A stretch of 64,000 nt of DNA, taken from assembly GCA_021613535.1 (NCBI GenBank), contig CP075495.1, positions 13,268,001 through 13,332,000 on the forward strand, written 5' to 3'. Made by a program: the position numbers and the translations under genes. The stretch is from Adineta vaga. Lineage: Eukaryota > Animalia > Rotifera. Of the stretch, positions 54,766-64,000 are shown in pieces. The notes below the pieces were generated by a model that was not told the DNA's origin, made no database searches, and worked only from the letters and a program-made list of their open reading frames with translations. Numbering within the stretch: the stretch's first letter is position 1; every line of letters starts with the position of its first letter.

Positions 54766-55114
54766 TTAAGCAAACTTTGTTGGTACACCCCATAAACCAG
54801 CAAGATTAGCTTTTGCGCGTCGTTTTGAAACTTTAGATAAAAGATGTTGCCGGAAATTTTCATATCCTTCATCATCACCCAATATATCATCAAAATTCGC
54901 ATAACCATATATATATGGTCGAAAATTTCGATTGGTATTCGTAAGCGCATCGGATGAATCCATATCAGTTGGTCTTGTTAGAACTTGATGCGAAATGATG
55001 AGAAGTAGTAACTAAATGATAGTTTGAAGAAGAAAAAAAAGCATAAGACAAAATGAAAATAAAAGAAAGAAAATGCTATACTTGTATACACATCAATTGA
55101 ACGAATTTCATCAT
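54766..55114 (-). CDS. Candidate neuropeptide/prohormone precursor, 2 exons (55114-55082, 55011-54766)
   Basis: Spliced product: MMKFVQLMCIQ|LLLLIISHQVLT-RPTD...acidic spacer...SKRR-AKANLAGLWGVPTKFA*. Confidence 0.7.
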
Positions 55115-58100
55115 TGTTACTTTAGTTATGTTTAGAGATAATGTATAGTCAAGAGTTGAATATGCACTGGAATGAATCTCCAAAGAATTCTGTTGTTTTT
55201 ATAAGAGAGAGAGAAAGAGATTCCAAAGTTTTCGATGCGTATATCCGAATTGAAAAATGCTTTTTTTTCCTTCTAAATGATAATCATATTAATATTACGG
55301 ATAACGGAAATTGCATGGGGGAGCAGAAAAAAACGAATGGTATGAGTTCATACTATTGTAATATTTCGAAAAGTAAATTCAATGTGTTTGTTTTTTCACA
55401 TTGTTTGAATATTTTGAAAGTCGACCTATATTAATATTAATGAGAACAGAAGTAGATCTTCGTTGTTGTGTTCTTCTGATTTAATGAAATACAAATTCAA
55501 TATTATACTGGTGACTTTATTTTGTTTATCTATCGATAATAAATAATTAAATGTTTATTGTTTACTTTCGAAAAAAAAAAGAATTTGTATATTCGAAGAA
55601 TATTTAAATATATAAATCCTCATTATTTATGCTTTTGAATAACACATTTTTTGTTGTTCATTTTGATAAATTCATTTAAGTATATTTGCATGATAGAGAA
55701 TAAATTTCCTTAGTAACTACGTCACTAATTATCTTAATTATATCTTCATTATTCATATTGAGAATAGTAGAGAGAGAGAAAGAAAAAAGAAAACTTTATA
55801 CAAAGTTATAATTTACTCCATTGAGATAAGAACATCTACTAATTATGTTCATTTTGACTTGTTTAATTTAGTTATTGTATGAAGAGAGGTTGACCCTTAT
55901 TGTTTAAATGATAATCAAAAAGACAATGGACAAAGAAAAGAAAAACACAAATCTTGATCGTTCTTCATTTCTCTTGATATGTTAAAGCAATCGTCGTTGT
56001 CATATGAACAACTGTTGAACTTCCATATGTCCATAAACGAGAAGTAGATAAACAATAATAGAAAATAAGAGCAACCTTTGTCTAGAACAGCATGACATGC
56101 TCTATCTCTTGTTGATAAAAGATAGAAGAAAAATTCGATGAGATGATGATTACTGGTCAAATTTATCTCGAAGAGAGGCGCATGCCAGTCTAATGATAGA
56201 GAGAACGGTGAATTACGATTGCTTTCATTGTTCCTTTCATCGTGTTTGATTGAATGTTATTCATCTTGGTGTGATATCGACTAATTCAATCTTCATTGAG
56301 TTTTTTTTTTCATATGAAAAGAACAAGTGTCAAGAAAAAAAAATATATACATTGATGAAATTTAACAAGGTTCCTTTTGAATCATTATCCATTCTAGTTT
56401 TAATGAAACGAAAAAAACTTTTTTGTTACCCTTAGGTACTCTTTTCTTTTCCTATACATATGTATATGTTGTTTTTAGTAGCATATTATTAATCGTCCAG
56501 AACAATGTTCGACGCCATTGTCATTGTCGAATGAACGATAGGTTTTTGTTGTTGTTACTATTATTGGTTTCTCTATCTCACGGTTGATTATGTAACATGA
56601 TGTGTAATTACACTAAATGAAACAATTTCAACGACCGTACTCACAATGGGTTCTTTCTCAACATCAATCAATAGAAATTCCGTTTCTTTTTTTTTCAATT
56701 GCAATTTAGTAGTCGTAGGTGGTAGTGGTCGTTGTCGGCGTCGTCTTCGTCCTCGTTCTAGTACGATAAAAGAAAGGAGACAATGAAAGAAGGACACATG
56801 TGTAGAATGAACGGAAGTGTAAGGATTTATAGGCCTCTTCTATGTCTTATTGAAGGAAATCGCGCGTGTACAATATGATGATGATTATAGTAAAGAAACA
56901 ACTGACCACTTTGTTCTTCCGAGCAGAACAATAATGAACTATCAGGCTCGTTTGTCATTTGACCGGCTTGTGTCTTTTTCTTTTCTTTTCTTCTTCTTCT
57001 TCTTCTTCTTTTTCTCATACGGTCTTTTCTCTCAATATACGTATATATACATATATGTTGTGTACAAAGTATTGAGATAATTGTTCCTTGTCGTGCACAA
57101 GATAGTTTACAGAGCGAGAGCAAGAGTGAGAATCAGAGACGAACAAACGATTGATATTATGCATAGAGAGATTACTTTATCTCTGATGCAAGAAAAGAAG
57201 AATCTTTTCTTAGTCTTTATGACGTACGAATAACAAGAGAAAAAGTAAGTAAGTAAATAAGTAAGAATATTGATTTAATAATGAAACTGATTAGAATAGA
57301 ATAATAGTCCTTGTACATGTAGATCGGATAAAAGACGTCGAAGAGGAATGAAAGATGTAAATACACAACGACATATATACGCTCATAAAAACACTTTGAA
57401 AAGGTCGCTTGTTCGATGCTAATGTGTTCTTGTATGAGTAAGTCAGAGTATAATCAAGCATGAACACATGCTGTGAACACTAAATATCGACTAAGAGAAG
57501 TTTTCTATTTGATAAGGTACAATGACCTATATTCAATATTTAAGCTATTCTAAACATCTGTAAAAGTATAATATGTCAAAAGTGTCCATTTTTTTCTCCT
57601 TCATTATATATCTCATCCTCTATTATTATATAAGTTGCATCTATAAAGGAAATTGAGTGACGTTGGTTAATAAGAATTGTCAGAATAGTAGCATTTGCAC
57701 ATCATCCGGTTCTGAAAAAGATATTAACCATGAATATTGTTGACTAAATAGACATCCCATATAAAAAAGAACCGAATAGAATGATCTATTAGAAACCTGT
57801 TAATATGTTACTATGAATAATCATTTCTTTTCTTCACATTTTCAAAATAATCCATTAAATAAATAAATACTTGTCGATTATATGCAAGTGCTTACAAATA
57901 TATTCATAAAATGTTCATATGCAGATCTGTTCTCTTTTTCTTCTCTTGTATATATTTTAATATTCTACGGGAAAAATGTTCGATGCTTACACATATGGTC
58001 AGATTGTTTGCATATACAGCAACAGCACAAGCAATGTTTATTTGCAAGGCTTTTAATACATGCCCAAAAAAAATGCGTTCAACTACTTTTTCTTCTTCTT

Positions 58101-59013
58101 CCTTTTCTTGATGCATCTCGTTGCATCATACATGCCATCGGTACCGGACTAGATTTCTTTCTCTTGTTCTTGTTCCCCTTCGTTTTTTTTTCTTCTTCTT
58201 CTTCTTCTTTGTCGCCTCGATTTTTTCTTCATCTGCACTCGCTCAGTTTAACGTATCCTATTATCATGTTTAAAAAAAGTAAGAAAGTGAGCTGATAATG
58301 CTTTTGACCAGAGGTCAGCAGCATCAGCTAAAGCAGCACATTGTATGTATGACTCAAGCACTTGGAGAAAAAATGGATAAGCACTAGAGAAGAGAAAAAA
58401 AAAGATGTATTGTATTAGTAGTACAGTAGGACGAAGAAATAGAGCGCAAAAAAAAGAAAGAATTCTTCCATTTGTAGTCTCTTTCTTCGTCTCTTCCTCT
58501 TCGCGACTTTGTTCTACAATTGCACATTCATCATACTGTTCGTAGAATATATCATCAGTAAAGATATAGATAGGGCCAAACAACAAGACAGACACAATCA
58601 TTCATCCAGCTGGATGTTAGTATCGTGTACGTATGTATATTTAGATGAGAAACAAAAGATAAAATCTCGAACAAGCTTTATGACTCTATCGTTTTCTTTT
58701 AGTAGTAGATTTTATTGACGAAAAAATGTCTATGAAAAGACAGATGCCTCGAAGATCACATTTTGTAACTTTTTATAGTTACGACATCAAAGTTTCAAGT
58801 TGTTGTCATAAGAGAGTGAATGAGTAGGCACGAGAGAGGAGAAAGAAAAACGATCGAAGAATGACTTCATTTTGACTTTTTAAACATTATATGATAGAAT
58901 TACACTTATACCTATCAAAAATTGATGAGATCTATTCATTAATATTCCATTTTTGTTTGTATCATAGATTCCTAAAGAAAAGAAAAAAAATTTTCATAAT
59001 CCTTTCTTTTAGT

Positions 59014-62000
59014 ATGACTAGCAATCGTTTGGGAGATATGTGTGAAAAATCTCTACATTTACATCGTATGAATGATTGTGATGATTTAAATTTATATTAT
59101 AAAAAATTTCTTAATAAATTAAGTAAAATTTGTTTAAAAATCTTTCTTCCATTATTACCATTAATTTACTTAATAACATTATTTCTTTGTCGTTTATTCT
59201 TATATAATGAAACAAAATTTACATTTGATACACGAACAATTCTTTATTTAATATGCATTTTATTAACATTTATGTTATTATTTCTTATACGTTTACATAC
59301 AAAATGGAAAACACTATGGTTTTGTACACGAATTTTTCTCATATTTCTTTTAATTATTCCATTAGTATTAACATATCAAACTGAACAATATCACGTCCTA
59401 TTCTCAACTATATCGATAACACTTATTTATTCATTATTAACATTCACATTAATTCAATCTGTTTTCATTTGTTTAACTATTTCAATATTACATATAACTC
59501 TTCTATTCAATCAAATCAAAGAAATTCATTGGAAAAGTACGGAATTTATATCCTGGATTATTTATCATTTAATTATTAATCTATCCGGTCTTTATACTTA
59601 TATACAATCATTGAAACATATCCAAGAACATTTTCATGCCTATGAAACAAGTTTATATGAAAAAAATAAATTAAATGTCGATTGTAAAAAATTAAATATA
59701 ATTATTGGACATTGTCAACAAGCATCACGTTTTATTGGACGTATATCAAAATTATCCAATGGATATAATATCAAGTAAGAAGAATGTGTTTCTTTTTCTT
59801 TTGAGATAAAATATTTTGAAGAAAATGTTTCGATGACATTTTGTTTATGATATCACAATTAATTGACCTTTTAATCGAGGTGAATCTTAATTGAGTTGTA
59901 ATTTTATTCATTAGAGAAGGCAGTATATGCTTCCTTTATCGATATAGTTTCTTAATGGAACTATTATCGAATGACCTTGATTATGTACCACTTGAACTAA
60001 GAACTTGTCTATATCAGTCTGGTAGAAATAATTCGTAGATTATCAAAGAACAAAGGTCAAATGGAAACGATCAACATTTCGTAAACCATATTGATAATAC
60101 TTTGTTGAGAATTGTAATTATGTCGAAAATTGCCGTTCTCTATCTTGTATAGAAATAGACTTGATAATTATTGAATCGATCAAAATAGTTACCATTTTGT
60201 GACATTATAGACAAGAGAAAAAGATTTTTATGGCTATTATATCTTCGAAAGATTTCTCTCAAGCAAGAAATCTGCTATGCTAAACATCATTATGTAAAAA
60301 GAACAATGTCATAGAATATTATCAATAGTCTTGACATATTGTATAAGAAAAACAACCTTGAATTACTATGAGAGACAAAGAAGAAAAGTTGAATTCGAGA
60401 AAAATGTCAATAAACAATTTGTCTTGAAGGCTTCGTTATCCTTACCTTGTAATTATATCAATATATAAACAGTGACATATTTGCTACTCGAGGGAATAAC
60501 TGACAGATTTACAATCATTGATCTTAAATATACTATTACTTACTTATTTACTTGATCTTTCTAAAAATGAAAATTTTTCCTTTTATTTTTAGTCAAACAA
60601 AAAATATCAATCGAAAATATGGTACTGTTATTAATTGTAATTTATCTTTAAATGAACAAACACGACAACATACATGTGATGAATTAGCGAGTTTATTTGA
60701 CGTACTCTACTGTCAAATTGAACAATTAATTCTCAAACATCAACCACAAGCAAAATATTGTTTTGATAATGAAACAATTGTTATTATACTTCTAAATGAA
60801 CATGAAAATCAAGGCATTAATATTGATTATAGTTGTCGATTAGCAATTGAATTATTTCGTTTTATTCAACATGTTAATAGTGTAACACAATGGTGTTTAA
60901 CAGCAATATTTGGTATTGATTATAATGAATTGAATATTTTATCAATTGAATCTATTGAAGGTTTAGCATGTGATTATTCTCGATGGTTACGTGAAGAATG
61001 TCTTATTATTAATCGTATTCATGTTTCATCAAGAATCTATGATGCATTAAAAGATAATAAATTTTTTGAATTTCATTCCTATTCATGGTTAACAAATAAT
61101 CATTTTCCTGAAAATACCTGTACTTATTTTCTCTTCAGTATCAATATGTATGAACCTGAAGACAATCAATTAACATCAATAAATAATTCTAGTATGATCG
61201 ATCAATTAACACGTATACAAGCTCAATATCATGTTGAAAAACATCTAGGTACAATTACATTAACACGTTCATTACGTAAACGAAGTTTAATTGAATTAAC
61301 AAATAAACATTTACATTGGTTAACTTTAAATTTTAAAGAACAATACGATCAAAATTTTACTCAAGATTTTCATTCACAACATCGTGCAAATTCACCACAT
61401 TCATTTCTCTATGTTTTTATTTTCATCATTCTTTGTGGTTCACTTTGTCAAGCATTTGTTATTCAACATATTAAATTATATTATTTCATTTCATTTCCAG
61501 CAATTATTCTTGGTTTAGTCATTCTAATTATTCTCTTTCTCTTTCTAATACGATCTGATCAATCACAAATCAAAAATAATATAAATAAAACTAATCGTAC
61601 ATTTTATGTTTATCTTAATGTTTTGATTTGTTTAACTTTATCAACATTATTTATGGTTGCGATACAATATCATTCAATACAAAATTTTAAATATTTATTA
61701 AATGGTAATGTTTCAAATAATAGAACAATGACAATGATGAATGAATCTTCTAGTCAAATAAATACAACATCAAATCATACGATGATAAGGTTAGATCAAA
61801 TTTCTTTTAAAAATTCTAACTGGGAAAAACATATCTGATTAGTTGAGTTAAGTTATGATAATCTTATCAATGATATTGAACATCATATTATCATAAATCT
61901 CATCTCAAGATCGAATATTACATAACGATCAGTTTAGCAGTATCATATTAGCTTAGTTTGAATTAGTAAATCGATCATAGTATCAATTTACAACAATTTA

Positions 62001-64000
62001 TTAGACAGATTTAATCAATAACATCAGTTAGATTGAATTTCATGTATTTGTATCGTCAGAAGAGAATTCTATCTACAACTATCTAATCTTATATCTTTGT
62101 TCTCTAGTGAACCAATTCAATTTTCATCATTTGATCGTCAATATCATGACTACCTTGTTTTATCATCAGTCTATCCACTTTATCTCTGTTTAATTTATCG
62201 TCAATGTTCTTGGATAATCAAAACTTTATTTATTCTAACTTGTTTATTAGTTCAATTAGTTCTTTTTGAATATATATGGTTAACAACAAATCTATATTTT
62301 CCATCAATAAATCGTTTACATCATTATACAACATTTACATTGATTATATTTCATGGTATACTTTTAATTATTTCATCCTATGTTCGAGAATGGTTAGAAA
62401 AAATCGATTTCGTCTGGCTTAAACAAGTTGATAATGAACGTTTAACGATTGTTCGACAACGTGATGAATTAGTTAAACAAACATCCGTATATTTTCCACA
62501 ACGTGTTATTAATTATTATTTACGTATAGATTCTGAGACGGGTTTATCGCAACATTATCATCGAAAATATGATCGAATGGCTTTATTATATATGAATTTT
62601 TCGTCAGTGAATATTGAACAACAATATATACTTATGGATTATTTGAATGATATTGAATATTTATTAAAAAATAATGAGAAATATATTCAAATTGTTATGC
62701 ATAGAAAATCAACAATGAAAGAAATTATGTTTTCAATCGATACGAATACGGATGATTCAACAAAATCGATTCAACAATTAGTTGAACTTCTATTCCATTT
62801 AGACGAACGTTTAAAACAGATTTCATCATCGACAATAAATCTTGCAGCTTGTTTACATATTGGTTGTGTACATGAAATTTTGATACATCTAGAAAATTAT
62901 CCAAGAATTGATATTTGGAGTGAACAAATTGCACTTCTACAATTACTTATGACAAAAACACAAGTAAATCATTGTTTAACAACATCAGCTGTATATCATC
63001 AGTTAAATGAACTTTATCTATTTCGAACTGCTGGATCAGTTGTTAGTGGACAAATAAATAATACGCATATTTATTATTTACTTGGTCGTCTTATCGGAGA
63101 TAATGTCTTTCAGGTAAAAATACAATATTTAATCGTTGTTAAACATATTGTTAAGGTTGTATCTGATCCTAAAGGAAAAATAGTAATTTGTGACTTTATA
63201 GTCTAGACATTTAACACAAGAAAACAAGGTTTGAGGTGTATGTGTAGGGAATAGTATAATATTATAAAATTCCTGTGTAGGAAAAATAGTTCTACATCTT
63301 CCATTGTATCAATTGTTTTACTATGTAGAGCAAACAAACACATTTAGTAGATAATGAATTTTATTGTCCGAAATCGGTGATCAAGGTTTTCTTTTATATT
63401 CTTTGCCGTTTCATTATCGTTCGAAAAACTAAAAGTAAACAAACAAATCGACTCTAATATTTTCCGATCCAGTTCTATAATAATCCTATTTCTACTACCT
63501 ACTTTGAAGATCAAATATTTCTCGAATCATTTAGGGTCGTAATGCACTTCCATTAACAATTGGTCATACAAATATGGGTACTGTTCAAAAATCGTCCAGT
63601 ACAGATGATTCTCATCATTCACAATCATCACAATATCGTAGTAAATTGAATTCTCAAAAAGAAGATAATCATATACAAATGTCCACAACAACCACAAATA
63701 CAACTACAACATCATCATCTGGTATTCACAATGAACAACAAAGTCTCTTGAAACATCCATCATCACGAAAACATGTTCGAATATCGAATCATTTTCCAAC
63801 AATTGAAAATCCATCCTATCGTCAAACACTTTTACAAGCATTGAATGGTACAACTAACAATAATACTAATAATACTAATCAATCTCATCAAGAAATTAAT
63901 CCAATCAAAAAGATTTCGAATCGTTTAATTGCAAAAAAAGAATTATCACCATCAGTTTTAAAAGATTATGTACCACGAATGATTCATTTAAGTGATAATA
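59014..64000 (+). CDS. Transmembrane adenylyl-cyclase-like protein (TM-C1-TM-C2), highly degenerate, 3' incomplete
   Basis: Two multi-TM blocks, each followed by a cyclase-like domain (RIHVSSRIYDAL...TYFL; FPQRVINYYL...YHRKYD...LHIGCV...PRIDIW...YYLLG). Exons are ~59014-59774, 60593-61788, 62109-63113 and 63535-end. Confidence 0.75.

Noticed and set aside
55141-58900. Many short F/L/K-rich ORFs on both strands
   Set aside because: They derive from T/A and TTC simple-sequence tracts in probable regulatory or UTR DNA and carry no motifs.

Overview
AT-rich eukaryotic (animal) genomic DNA with many ~50-60 nt GT-AG introns. Intron size, base composition and the gene families present are most consistent with a bdelloid rotifer (inference, not proven). 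Conserved intron-containing genes are: two tandem NEK11-like kinases, a LIMD2-like protein, a multi-SPRY protein ending in CaaX, BORCS8, mitoguardin, a RIM/Unc-10-like active-zone protein, NUDT21, dystrobrevin, and a transmembrane adenylyl-cyclase-like gene that runs off the right edge. Also present are an intronless secreted PLA2, a divergent YeeE/YedE-like membrane protein, a mucin-like protein and a candidate neuropeptide precursor. The ~32.7-45 kb interval is a fast-turnover island with three METTL24-like methyltransferases, an ART+LRR pseudogene, orphan membrane ORFs and small non-autonomous elements. The best leads are an apparently catalytically dead adenylyl cyclase, the YeeE/YedE-like transporter, operon-like gene pairs with unpaired splice acceptors (or an in-frame double-NEK fusion), a possible splice-controlled prenylation switch, and an unrecognised GLWG peptide precursor. 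All family calls come from motif recognition by eye; no searches were run. No tRNA, rRNA or CRISPR array was seen.
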